Shown: piece by piece, positions 1 through 11,811 of the stretch
Layout: every line of letters starts with the position of its first letter
How positions within the stretch are numbered: position 1 is the first letter of the stretch
NCBI GenBank assembly: GCA_907165135.1
Contig: OU015569.1
Location: 744,001-808,000 of the forward strand
From: Oikopleura dioica
Lineage: Eukaryota; Animalia; Chordata
Length of the DNA: 64,000 nt
Direction of reading: 5' to 3'
The notes under the pieces: model-generated
Told to the model about the DNA's origin: nothing
Seen by the model: the letters and a program-made list of their open reading frames with translations, nothing else
Database searches by the model: none
Position numbers and translations under genes: made by a program

Positions 1-63
1 AAACCTGTTTCCCAGCCCATTTTTTACCTATTCAGCTCATTTTCATATTTCCAGAAATTCAGA

Positions 64-411
64 ATGAGCGCAAGCCAAGTGCCGTGGCCGCTCATCGGCG
101 GACTGGTGGGCGTCTTCGCCGTGATTCTCCTCATCGGCGCGTTTTACGTCGCGTACGCAGCCTGGAAAAAGAAGCGCGAAGGGCCCGAAGTCAGATACTG
201 CCACAAGACGAATACAAAGATCATCCCTCCTGCGCCGACCAGCGAGCCAAAGATCGTCAAAGGTAAGAATCTTTTTGTAATTTTTCGTCCATTCTAGCGC
301 CCATTTTCAGGAGACATTGAAGATGCAGCCGAAGCGCTGCTGGCTCGTAAGAAAGAACCAGGGCCATCCCAGTGCGACGAGTGTAACTGCTGCGACGAGG
401 GGAAATTGTGA
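64..411 (+). CDS. Small single-pass membrane protein with Cys-containing tail (2 exons; may extend 5' of the window)
   Basis: Hydrophobic stretch WPLIGGLVGVFAVILLIGAFYVAYAAW followed by KKKR. GT-AG intron 263-310 joins in frame to GDIEDAAEALLARKKEPGPSQCDECNCCDEGKL*. Confidence 0.7.
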
Positions 412-645
412 CAAGAAGAATAACCAAGAGACTCTCAGACCTTCAACTAAACTAGTAACTGTACAAAGGACACCTCAAATGCCACCTTTCACTGAAAATA
501 AATAAAAAACTTTTGACTTTTTCTGAAGCGAATCGTATCTAAAAAGACTAGTTCTAGGTTCGAAAACCTGTGTAAAAACCTGAGTCAGGATCAGAATCTC
601 AAAGTTACTATGAAGTGATCAGTTAAGAAATTGGATAAATGCAAG

Positions 646-2496
646 ATGGGAAATCGGCGGATGGAATATGACATCAAGTTTAAAGAAGAAGACAAAGAAT
701 GGATCACTTCGGGGCCGGCGTGGTGCCGTGCTTCGCGAGCATGGGCCGCTCGTCAGACGACAATGAAGAGAGAGGAACGCGGACTCAAGCAAGAAATGCG
801 CGGCCCGGTCAGATCCACCATCACGGAGAAACTCAAAGCATTGGCGGACGGGGAGGATGATCCGACAGAAGACGATGACAACAACGTCTGGGAGCAGAAC
901 ATGAAGCAGTGCGACGTTTGCCACTTGGACTTCAACTGCGACCGCGCAGCCACGAACCACTACATGGGCCAGAGACACAAAGCGATGGTCAAAATGGTGA
1001 AAATGAAACGAACCCGCGACAATATCTTAAAATCACAAGGAGTCGAACCCTCCGAGGACGACGAAAAGGTCAACTATCACGTCGAGTCGGAAACCTCGAG
1101 GCTCAACAAACGAGGAAGATTAGGTAGAAAAAAATGACTGATCTTAATAATTTTACTTCTTATATAATTTCAGCCGAAGATCGAGATGTCTTCCTCGACA
1201 AAATCAAAGATCTTCCCGAAGAAGAGCAAATGCGTCTGAGAGAAGAAAGAGTTCAAAAGATGAGTTACAAGAATGTTCAGCCCTCGTTTTACGCGACGAA
1301 GCAATTCATCAAAGAAGCATCTTTCTTCCGCGACGAGTTCGCGACCAAAGTCAGGTCCAGCTGGCAGCATCATCCGGGCAACCAGTACATTCAAGAGCGA
1401 ATGATGCGGGTGAGCTAGTTTCTTTAATATCGAGTCAAAAAATTCAAACTTGCAGTAGGATAAAGAGCGCCAGATGAAAGGTCTTCCAGTTCCGAAGCCA
1501 GTGCAAGTGGCGGAAGAAAATCGACCGAAGCCCCTCGGCGAGTCCTCAACATCTGCTCCACTAGCGATTGAAGACAACAAGGAGGAGGACGAAGAGCCAC
1601 CAGCGAAAAAGTCCCGAGTGCCACCAGCAATGACAGACAGTCTTTGCAGCGTCTGCAACGTTGAATTCTGCGGTCCGATTCCTGCCAAACAACACTACGA
1701 CGGACAGAAACACAGGAAGAAGATGAAACAATACGAAGACGGGAAAATTGAATCGTCAGTTGTTGTTAAAGCGACGCCAAGGAGGGTTGAGGAAGCAGTC
1801 GTGGCGAAAGTGGGGATGAACTTGGAGTATTGCGAGCTCTGTGAGCTGAAACTTTCCGACAATCCTGTTGCTGCGGCGAGACACTACTCGTCAAAGGAGC
1901 ATTTGAAATTCATGAAAATCGGCGTTGACACTCCAGGAAAGAGCTCTCAGTTTTGCTTCCATTTGAGAATGTACGTTCCATTAAAAAAATATGACTGAAA
2001 TTTGGAGCTCTAAAAAGGCCTGCCTGGAAAAAGCTCATTACAGCGGGGTGAGGAGCCCCGCCAATTCACAGGCACTTGGGCAGACAAAGTCGAGGTATCA
2101 GAAGTACCACAGTGGGGTAGACAGCGATTCAACAGAATGGGCCATCGCATCAAAATGAAGGGTGTTGGAGCGGGTCCCGGAAAACAGCCGATTCCTGGAG
2201 AAGAAGAAAGCGAATGTCGTTTTTGGAACGGATTTTTAAATGCTTTCTTATTTACTTTTTTTCATTTTTAACAGCGTTTCCTTCGTACTACCACAGCAAT
2301 CGATTGATAAAAATCCCTTTCCAGTGATATGAAATTCTGCGAGAAGCCCCAAGCGATAAACCACTACATGGGCAAAAGGCATCAAACACGACTGATTCAA
2401 ACAGCCTGCCAGGCGCCGAGGAAAACATTCGTCGCTCCACCCCGAGTTGGCGCTGGTCAACTGGGCCAATCCATCTGTTTCAACTTTTCATGCTAA
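646..2496 (+). CDS. U1/matrin-type (JAZ/ZNF346/ZNF385-like) zinc-finger protein, probably dsRNA/RNA binding
   Basis: Widely spaced C2H2 fingers: CDVCHLDFNCDRAATNHYMGQRH, CSVCNVEFCGPIPAKQHYDGQKH, CELCELKLSDNPVAAARHYSSKEH and a fourth partial one, DMKFCEKPQAINHYMGKRH. Short GT-AG introns keep the frame (e.g. RGRL|AEDRD). Confidence 0.8.
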
Positions 2497-2630
2497 ATCC
2501 TTGCTCTATTCCTATTCTGTAAATTTTAAACTAGTGATAAAAAAAATTTACATTTTCTAGAATGACTATGAGCATCTATTTTGAAGAGAAAATTTAAGAA
2601 AATGGGCAGATCTTCTTCCTTTTTTGAATA

Positions 2631-4568
2631 ATGAGTGAAGATTACTACTCGATCCTTGGCATTGCCCCTGACTCGTCCACCGATATAATCAAGAAGGCCT
2701 ATCGGGAAAAGGCCAGAAAGTACCATCCCGATAAGAATCCAGGTAAGAAAGAATCATGAAAGAGGGCTTGTTCTCATGTTTTTTTAAGACAACCCCGATG
2801 CGAATAATCTTTTCTTGAACATCAAGAAAGCTTATGACATTCTCTCGAACCCGACAGAACGCAGAAACTATGACGCGACTCGACCTCGCTCTTCATTTCC
2901 CAATCGTGGTCGCCCTCAGCAGAGAGGCGATCGAGTATACACGCACAATCAGCAGCAAGCGAACCGTCAAAATCCGTACACACGGCCGGCGCAAGGCGTC
3001 TTCCGACCGTCAAATCGACAGCGCGAACCGCCTCAGTATCGACGCAACCCGGATGGAACGTATCAGGCGACTTTCAACAGCGAGCAGCATCATAACGAGT
3101 CGCCCATTTATAGAGTAAGATCACTAATATAAAACTCTAGAATCTAGAGTCAAGATTGTTGACAAATGTTTTCATTAAGGAATTTATGGAACGGATGAAG
3201 CGAAATAAAGAAGCTGAAGAACGAATGCGTCATCGAACCTTTTTCGCCGCTTACGACGAGGCAGAGCGCGAAAAAGCAAACGATCTCTTCCGCCGTGGCC
3301 AAGGCATTCGCGCGATTCTAGTGCTCACTTGGGAAACGTACCATCGCGTCAATACTGATAGGTTGAAATACGAACTCAAAGCGGCGAACCTATTCCAGTC
3401 TGGTGGTGGTGGAAAAATTGTCGCCACTGTGGACTTTTTGTAAGTTTATCTTTAGAGCAACAGTTCGATGATTATAATTTATTTCTTTAGAAAAGTGGCT
3501 CAAGCTTTGGATGCCATTCAGACCCTCCAACGCAACTATCCCTCTGTCAGCTTCAGGTGGAAAAGAGGCAAGCCAGAGGTAAGCAAAAATAGTAGTAGAA
3601 GTGCAAATCCTAAAAGACAATTTAAGACTTTGAACATTTCGGACGACGAAGAGAATGATTCAGATGTAATTGAGCTCTCCTCCGACGACGAAGAGATACA
3701 GGAAGTTCCTCTTTCGTCTAATCGCAAACGCCGTCGTCCCGCATCGCCAGTTGAAATTGCATCCAGTGAAATTGAGAGCACAGAGGAGGAGGATGAAGAA
3801 GAGCAAGATGAATGGGACGTCCCACCCCCGCCAGGAGTAAGGCGAGCTTCGCCATACAGAATGGACGATCATCTCTCGGGCGCTGAAATAATCGACTCCA
3901 GCGAGCAAGAGGAGGAAGAAGCGGTAGATGGAGACTCAGACTTCGAGGTCCTCGAGGACTACAACGTCGAGGAAAACGCCGTGCCCAACAATCAGCAGAA
4001 TATGAATCAAAATGGTCAGAGCGCGACATACGTGATTCCCGATACTGACGATGAAAATGCTGAATATAACACTTCCGACGAAGAACGACTAAACTCGCCC
4101 CGGGCAGCATACACACATTTTGACGGTGAGTCCACTTTTCAAAAGCGTCTAATAACTCCCGCGTTTCTGATTCCAGACTGCCATATTTTCGCTTAAATTC
4201 CGATCGTCACTAATTTTTGATAACCGGTAAAAGTCGAGAAGCCGCTTGCGGCTTCGAGCAAAACAAGACAGAAAAGCCGCGCTTCGATTTCTCTTTCTCA
4301 AACCGGCAAGTGCCTCCTGGATTAGAGCGGTTATTAGTTACTATCAAGCGAAAATTGGTCAGTCTTGAATGAGAGTCGCGGTAGTATCTTTAATCAAGGT
4401 GATAGCAAGGAAGATTAATCCTGAAATTAACTTATTCCTTCAGGCGGAGAAAATGATGAAGAGGACGATGCTGACGACGAGGATGATTTCAAACCGATGC
4501 GATTCTTCATTCCACCGCGCCACCAAAAGCCCTGTCCACATGCCGAAATCATCGACCTCGACGACTGA
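2631..4568 (+). CDS. J-domain (DnaJ/Hsp40 class C) protein with long acidic low-complexity C-terminus
   Basis: [37 protein letters not shown]|[29 protein letters not shown] has the HPD motif. Introns 2743-2788 and 4126-4443 are in frame. Ends ...AEIIDLDD*. Confidence 0.9.
4159..4381. mobile_element. Foldback element in DnaJ intron: AAGCCGC core with locus-specific inverted arms
   Basis: Core GAGAAGCCGCTTGCGGCTTCGAG at about 4235. The arm cgcgtttctgattccagactgccatattttcgctt pairs imperfectly with aagcgaaaattggtcagtcttgaatgagagtcgcg. Confidence 0.7.
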
Positions 4569-5061
4569 GCCGTCAACTACAATTTCATTTTTTGTTTTTT
4601 TTTTCTTTTTAAATTTGTAAAAACTCTTTTTATTTTTGTAAATTGAGCTACTCACGAGTCCCAACACTAATTTTCAATCTCACTCTATTTCTAATGCCAT
4701 GGATAATAAACTTATTTATTCTCTTCTTTTCTTCCTTTGCCGTTGTTTCTTATTTTCAAAAGCAATTGAACTGTTTTCTCAAAGTGGTATCAGCCCTTTG
4801 TGTTCAACTTCTGAAGCTGTTAATTATTGACAAGAATTAAAGGACTCTTGAGTAACTTACGAAGCAATTTGAAGTGGATTGATAAAAAATTTAACAGTGG
4901 CTGATATTTTTTGAGCTCTCTGACGAACTGCCAAAGTGTGCCACGCCCGCGCTTTTCCGATAGTATCTACAGTAGCTTATTGTACGCTTGTACTGTTGCT
5001 TTGGGGGGACTGACATCAAGTATCACTAGAATTTTATGCTTTCATTTAAATTAGTTATCAA

Positions 5062-5242
5062 CCTGGCTCGGCAACCTGTGTAGAAAACCTGAGTCAGGGC
5101 CAGGAAAAAATATCCATAAAAGCCGCGTGTCGGCTTTTTAATAAACAAAGCCGCAAAGCGGCTTCGCCAGAATTCAAAGATAAGTGAGAATGGTAATTTT
5201 ACAAACCCTGACTCAGATTTTTACTCAGGTTGCCGAACCCAG
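5062..5242. mobile_element. MITE family A copy (CTGGGCTCGG-type TIR; CCTGAGTCAGG and AAGCCGC hairpin modules)
   Basis: cctggctcggcaacctgtgtagaaaacctgagtcagg ... cctgactcagatttttactcaggttgccgaacccag. Confidence 0.85.
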
Positions 5243-5898
5243 TCTTCAATAGCAAGTTCAAACATTTAACTAAAAAAAAACTTATCAAATAAATTCCATT
5301 TATGTTCGTTGATCATTAATTTCTGCCTGAAAAAGATGTCAAGTCCCTCGAAAATTTTGATGTTCTCTGATGACCGTGTAAAATTCACAAGTTTTGCTTA
5401 GCTTACTCAATTATTTTTTGCTATGCTGAGAATTAACTGACTCGTTTCATCAGATTGCAAGAGCGGCTTTTTTCTGTGCCTATCAATAAAAGGATAATGA
5501 TAATATGCATTTGCGCGTAGGCAGTTGTATATTCAAGAACTTGGATGTACGATGCTTGTATTTCACACTTTATTTGCACTGACACTTGATTACAGATTCT
5601 AGTATTTCACAGCTTTGTAGTCAGTTCCCAGAAAATATCTCATTAGCTTTCGTTGCTCGCGCAGTTCTTTTAGCAGAGGCATTCGGTAGAAAGGGTCTCC
5701 TCTAGGTCCAGGGATGTAAATTTTCTCGACAACGAGGCAATTTTCAAAGAAAAAAAAAAGTGATTTTTCATCCCTGCTCTGGATAAACTTTTGTGGTCTC
5801 GCTGGATATTTAAAATCTTCACCAAAGAGGGAACCCCAACTGCTATAGTCAGGCTAAAACAGGATTCATTTTGTTTATACGGCTTGTTTTCTCAAGAC

Positions 5899-6139
5899 CT
5901 AAGCTCGGCAACCTGTGTAGAAATCCTGAGTCAGGGTCTGAAAGATCTGAATGATCTGCAACTAAAAGCAACGTAGCAGCTTTTATAAAAACTTATTCTA
6001 AGATTCCATTCCTATCTATTTTTATATTCTGGCGAAGTCGCTTTGCGGCTTCGTTTAAAATAAAAAAGCCGCTGCGCGGCTTTTCACTTGAGATCTAACA
6101 GACCCTGACTCAGGTTTTGTAAATATTTTGCCGTCCCAA
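5899..6139. mobile_element. MITE family A copy
   Basis: ctcggcaacctgtgtagaaatcctgagtcagg ... ccctgactcaggttttg, with internal AAGCCGC/GCGGCTT hairpins. Confidence 0.8.
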
Positions 6140-6879
6140 TTAAATACTGTGTATCGTTTTTTAAGCTTCGAGTTTTGAATCCGGTATCTTTTCGGAAGAA
6201 CAGAAAGTATCATCAGCAACAGTAACATAATCTCTTTATCTCTCCCTCTTTTTCTCCGTGTCCACTCTCTTGCCTTCCGATAAGTCTGTTTACTTTCTCT
6301 CTGAACTCAAGGCTAAATGGGTGGCTTCGTTTAAAATTCTGGATCGCGAGCCAAGAACCCGCGACCTGGAGAAATGCAAGAAAACGACACTAGAGTGTGC
6401 TCTTCTTTCTGACTCCAATCGAGCAATTCCAAGTTACTAGTAATTAATTTATTCGCCCTAAATTATAGATACAGCTTTTGGGAGTAACAATCTTCGTTTT
6501 CATCTTTCATCATGTCTTTTTGGTTGTAGTGAAGTCGGGGTCTATTCTGAAGTGTTGATTTTATGATGCGAAGGCTGCTCAAAATTTTATTTCAGTATTT
6601 TGCATTTGAAGGAAAAACTGCTAGTAGTTTCAATAACGAATAAGAATAACAAGGCAAAAGCATCATGATTATACAGTCATCTCAATTCGGTCATTTCATT
6701 CATCACCCTACTAGGTGTAATACAGATAAGTGCACCGGGTGGAGGGCGTCTCCGACTGTATATATTTTGCAGATCTGTGGCCTGCAGCCCGCTATTATCG
6801 CTTGGAATTTTACAGTAAACAGACTGTAAGCATATTTTGCGCCCGTTACTCAAGTCCGACCCAGTCTGCGCTCCAGACT

Positions 6880-7030
6880 CTGGGGTAGGCTCGGCAACCT
6901 GTGTAGAAGACCTGAGTCAGGTTCTGAGGAGGCTAAATGAAAAGCCGCTACGGCGAATACTACGCGCCTTTTCATTTAGTCTCTTCAGAACCTGACTCAG
7001 GTTTTCTACACAAATTGCCGACCCCGGAGT
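6880..7030. mobile_element. MITE family A, short copy
   Basis: ggctcggcaacctgtgtagaagacctgagtcagg ... cctgactcaggttttctacacaaattgccgacc. Confidence 0.85.
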
Positions 7031-7237
7031 CTTGGATCCCCAGGTCCATTCCTCCGAATGTTACCCTGCCAAGAAAAACCATCCTATTTGCAAGTTATCC
7101 AGCAGGAAACATTTATAAATAAATTATCGCTAATGATACACAAATGATCGCTGCCAGTATAACCACTCGCGTGCTTGTCAACACTCTTCTATTGCAATTT
7201 AATTTTGTTGATTGCAACTTGCAAGGAATGCATTAGC

Positions 7238-10100
7238 TCACACTTTTCCTGAAATCTTGCTCTTCAACTTCGCGCGATTTTGTCGCGATCCAGTTCCAGT
7301 GCATCGACCTTCTACGATTTTCGGCATCTTACACGCTCTGAATCAGTAGAACAAATTCTGAGGCTAATATTACCGAAAAGGGGCGAACAAGCTCTTCAGT
7401 TCGCGGCAGAACTCTTCGTTTCGATAGTAGTAGACTCCTATGTTTGCGAATCCGTTCATTTTGCTGACCAAAACGGCGAGGAAGACGAACGAATTGAACA
7501 AATTCGCAGCGTTGGGATCGTAGTGCTCGGGAATATTGATGTAAACTGTGTCCAGCAATATGCCTAGAAACAGTAATTGCATCTGTGTTAGCAAAGGAAG
7601 CTCTTAACAACTAAGCTCCATTCTAAATTTAAAATTCGCCTAAGCCAAACTAAAACATGTTTCCTCAATTTATTTTTAAAAAAAGCATGAACTGACATGC
7701 ACAAGTTCTTTTCAGAACTTAACTTTGTAAGGAGCTTCAACAGTTGTCTTCCACTTATTATAGAGCTGCACTACTAATACTGTAACATTAGAAGACGTGG
7801 ACTTGCAGTCTCTAAAATTCTGGTAGCTTGGGCTCGGCAACCTGTGTAGGAAACCTAAGTCAGGGTCTGAAAGGCCAACATGAAAAGCCGCGTAGCGGCT
7901 TTTTAAAAAACGAAGCCGCAAAGCGGCTTCGCCAGTTTTTAAAAATAGATAAGAGTGATCGAATTGCGAAGCCGCTTTGCGGCTTCGTTCTTTTAAAAAA
8001 GCCGCTACGCGGCTTTTAATTTTGGCCTTTCAGAACCTGACTCAGGTTTCCTAAACAGGTTGCCGAATCCAGAGTTAGTGTAGAGGAAATGAAGATGACT
8101 TTATAAAGCTTGAATTTACCTGTTATCGCGCAGATGATTAGTGGTAGAATAAACAAGGAGAAGGTGAGAGTAAGGACGATCAAAGTTCTAGCGACTTTTG
8201 TCTGATCATCTTTAGCGGCTTGAGCCAGCGGATGAGAAGAAGAAACGCGGATTGATCGGTAAAGCAAGATGTTGACAAACCAAACGATTAAAAGAGGGAG
8301 GGAGTAGATCACGATGAAGATGATAAGCGACTCGTCTTGAACTGAACACTTTCGATAAATACCACAAACAGAAAAGCTCGAAAATAGCTTACTCGAGTAG
8401 AGATTGCATCCGAACAAATTGAAATAATTGCAAGAGTAGGAAATGAGCTCGAGTTTCGTTTTCGCCTTTTGGTTGATTTCGAAATGAGCCAAATAAGAAT
8501 CAAAATTGCTCATTTCAAAAGCCTCCCTCAGACAACTCCATTGGAAAGAAATAAAGAACCACTGCCATTATTATCGAGAAAAGCCAGGTGAAGAGAATCG
8601 TAGCAATTACAGCTCTGTCCATTGTGATGCACATTTTTCTATCTGAAGTTCGAGTTTTCCGAGCGAATTCTAAAGCTGTTTTCATTACCGAGGAGTGGAT
8701 ACCGTATGTTGACACACCGTTCAATTGAATGGAACATCAGCCCATAAATTTCTGATGCGACAGCAATTACCTGTCCAAGGCGTTTTTCTTTCGAAGAATG
8801 TTAGTTTTAATGTTGAATTATAGGGACTAGGCTCAAGTCGGAACGAAAAAAAGCCTTCCCTGCAAAGCGCCGACAACTTCCAAATAGATGCCAATGAAGG
8901 AATGCGTTTCGCCAGTGTCATCGAATCCACCAGGCCCAGCGGGATAGGGATCTCTTTCCTTGTAAAATAAAACTCTTATTTTCCAGTTGAACTCACTTTC
9001 ATGTAGCGCAGGTAGATATTGTACACTGCAGAGGGCAAAACAACCAGGCCAACCAAAAGATCCGAAATGGCGAAAGAAATGCGCCATCGATAACCTGAAT
9101 TTGTGGGAGTTAAAGGTATAGAAGACCTGAGTCAGGGTCTGAAAGATCCTTAATTAAAAGCCGCGCAATGCGGCTTCGCCAGGACTTCATGATAGATTTG
9201 AAAGGCTATTATTCGTAGCCGCTTTGCGGCTTCGTTTTTGAAAAAGCCGCGTCGCGGCTTTTCATTTAATTCCTTTCAGACCCTGAGTCAGGTTTTCTAC
9301 ACAGGTTGCAGAGCCCAGTAAATAGTGAAATCAAGGAAGAATCTTGCTTATCTGGTCTTTTTAATAACTAATCTGACGATTTACCTATTGCCGATCTGAG
9401 CCGTTTACGAGAGCAGTAAATTTTGAGGACAAGAATGTTGGAGACGACAGATGCAAGAGCCATGAGACTGATTATAATGCAGCAAACTGATAATACAAGC
9501 TCAGAAAGTTCTGATTTCATGATTCCCAATTTTCATTTCATTTTCAATTTCATTTTCTCTTTCTGAGCCAACCTATTAGAGAAGCCTTGGCGGAGGAATC
9601 AAGACAAGTCCAAGGAGAGTAGCTGGAATCGCCGTTGATCTGGCAGAATTGCAAGCCGGCGAATGGGACCTGGGATCAAATTTCTGGTTGATCTCTCTTC
9701 AACAAACCTGGTCGTCAAACCAAATGGACGAGTTCCGCGCTTCTTTTTCTATTTCGATCATACTGTCGTAGCACATTCTCGATCTCGTGACCGAGTGTTC
9801 GTCGTTGATCCCTCGCGATGCTAGCAGCTACAGTTACAGACAGAACTACAGTATCGTCAAATACCTGGTTGACATTGACTCTTACAACTTCTATCGTAAA
9901 TATTGTCAAAAAGGCCGGCCATATTGTACATTCGATTTTCGCATTCATTTTCTATTTCAAGAGAATTTCAGCTCAGCGTTTCAGACTTTTCGCACTTACT
10001 GTAAACATCACAGCACTCTTCGTTCCCACAGTCAGTTCCGATCCTTCGCAGCGTGTCTGAATGCTTTGCTTATCTTAAATTCATAAGCTTCCGGATAAGC
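7238..10100 (-). CDS. Class A (rhodopsin-like) GPCR with long Cys-rich N-terminal ectodomain; 5' end not resolved
   Basis: Spliced translation gives TM1 ...LASVVSNILVLKIY, TM2 SFAISDLLVGLVVLP, TM3 ...GLMFHSIERCVNIRYPL (ERC in place of DRY), TM4 ILFTWLFSIIMAVV, TM5/6 LPLLIVWFVNILLY...VARTLIVLTLTFSLFILP and TM7/H8 NIGVYYYRNEEFCRELKSLF. Confidence 0.85.
7828..8072. mobile_element. MITE family A copy in GPCR intron
   Basis: Long inverted arms: ttgggctcggcaacc...aagccgcaaagcggcttcgc / gcgaagccgctttgcggctt...ggttgccgaatccag. Confidence 0.9.
9117..9317. mobile_element. MITE family A copy in GPCR intron
   Basis: cctgagtcagggtctgaaag ... ctttcagaccctgagtcaggttttctacacaggttgcagagcccag. Confidence 0.85.
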
Positions 10101-10910
10101 TTACTCAAATACCATTCCAGCGGTTCCCAAGCGTAAAACTTTCTTCGCTCGGATTTTTAGTGATTGAATTAATTAATGGGTTAATTTTTTTATTATTTGA
10201 AAATTTTGAAAGGAAGAAACCAATTTTCTGAATTCTCGATTAGAATAAGGGTAAGGGTTAAAGTTAGGGTTAAGAGTTTTTCTCCATTAAGGCTACCTAG
10301 GTCGAGATGGCGGAATTTAAGGGTTTATTCCTGGAAAATGACAAACGCTAGAAATACATGCAATAGCTTGTCTCACAGATCAAAGCTAGATCTCACTTTT
10401 GTCAGGAGCTTTTGATGGTTGGTCAAGTTTTTCTAGGAAATCTAGCCTGTCAAAGTTGGCAACTCGCTCAAAATGGGCCAACAAAACGGCGTACCCTTAA
10501 AACAACTCTTACCCTAGCCTTGTAGAATTACTAACATTCTAGCGTCTCGTTTGACTGTAAATATAGAAGCTACTGTAAATACCCCGCCTGAACCAATCGC
10601 TCAACTCCGAACAAGTACAAGTCCAGTCAAACGAAACTAGCGAATTTGCCGTCTCACTAAAGTAAATGCTCATTTTACTGTGTTTTCTCTCGTTCTCCAG
10701 AAAACTTCAAAATTCTGATCCAAAGTTCTGATCATAATTTCTAATTTTCTGATGTTCGATTTTCCGTTTTGGGCAAATGTAAATAAGTTTCCGTTTGTTC
10801 CTTACCAACGGATAACGCTGAATGCTTCCTGAGCGAGGTGTTATTAGACTTATTTGAAAACAGATGCAGTCTTGTACATAAATACAGTATTAGAGATAAT
10901 TGGACTATGA

Positions 10911-11137
10911 CTGTGCTCGGCAACCTGTGTAGAAAACCTGAGTCAGGCTCTGAAAGAGCTTGAATGAAAAGCCGCATAGCGGCTTCAACAGAATTTAAGA
11001 ATAAAATCTGAATGCTATGTTGCGGAGCCGCTTTGCGGCTTCGTTGATAGAAGAGCCGCTATGCGGCTTTTTATTGATGACCTTTTAGAGCCTGTCTCAG
11101 CCTGACTCAGGTTTTTTACACAGGTTGCCGAGCCCAG
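10911..11137. mobile_element. MITE family A copy
   Basis: ctgtgctcggcaacctgtgtagaaaacctgagtcagg ... cctgactcaggtttttacacaggttgccgagcccag. Confidence 0.9.
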
Positions 11138-11811
11138 CACTGGGGTTAGAGTTAGGTTTCTCGGACTAAAATTAAGCTTAGATTTTCAGTGAAATTTTGA
11201 TACTGTATTTATGGACAAGCCTTGACTGTAAATAGCTTGTGATAGAGTTCAGCCGCTGAACTTGAGCGTCGACTTGACTTTTTCTTCCCTTTAAATTTAA
11301 TGTTCATTGAATAGTTTAATCAGTTTCTAACAAAGAGAAACTCGAGCTAAAAGATAGAAGACTTCCAGATAAACATTTGTGGTCTCATTCAAAAGAAAAG
11401 TCTCATTCAAATGTTCCAAAAGCAACACCTCGTTCCTGAGATTCTTGGAGAAAAGCGTGGATGCCGGCAGAGAGTGAGTTTTTGAATTCATTTACTTCAT
11501 CTTAATATTCTAGTGAGAGTACTGTCTTTTTCTTCTAAGTAGTCTTTCAACCCTCTATTCGCGATTTTCACCGCCCGATTTCTACTCTATTTATCTTGAC
11601 TTACAGATATTCATTTGATTCTCTTCCGAGGCATATTTGCCATTCTGAGCAGATCATTTTTTATTTGAAGCTGGAGCATCTGCTCGAAACTCATCGAATA
11701 CAAAGCGAACATCCCGAGTTCACCTGAGTCACATGTAAAATAGAATAACGAAATTAATGTCTCCGAACTCGGTTCAATCTCATTTTTCCCATGAAAAAAT
11801 GACCTTCTTCT

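Noticed and set aside
4640-6700. Possible fragmented minus-strand gene between MITEs
   Set aside because: Some exon-like open stretches exist (about 5610-5750, 6290-6370, 6470-6560), but I could not link them in phase or recognise a family.
7712-8019. ORFs such as MRLRFLKSRYAAF / MGSATCVGNLSQGL (also at 18243, 19363, 21693, 43551, 44035, 60784, 62236)
   Set aside because: These are translations of family A repeat arms. They recur wherever the repeat occurs and have no transposase motifs.
11350-11760. Possible small minus-strand gene
   Set aside because: Short open frames only, with no consistent splice chain.
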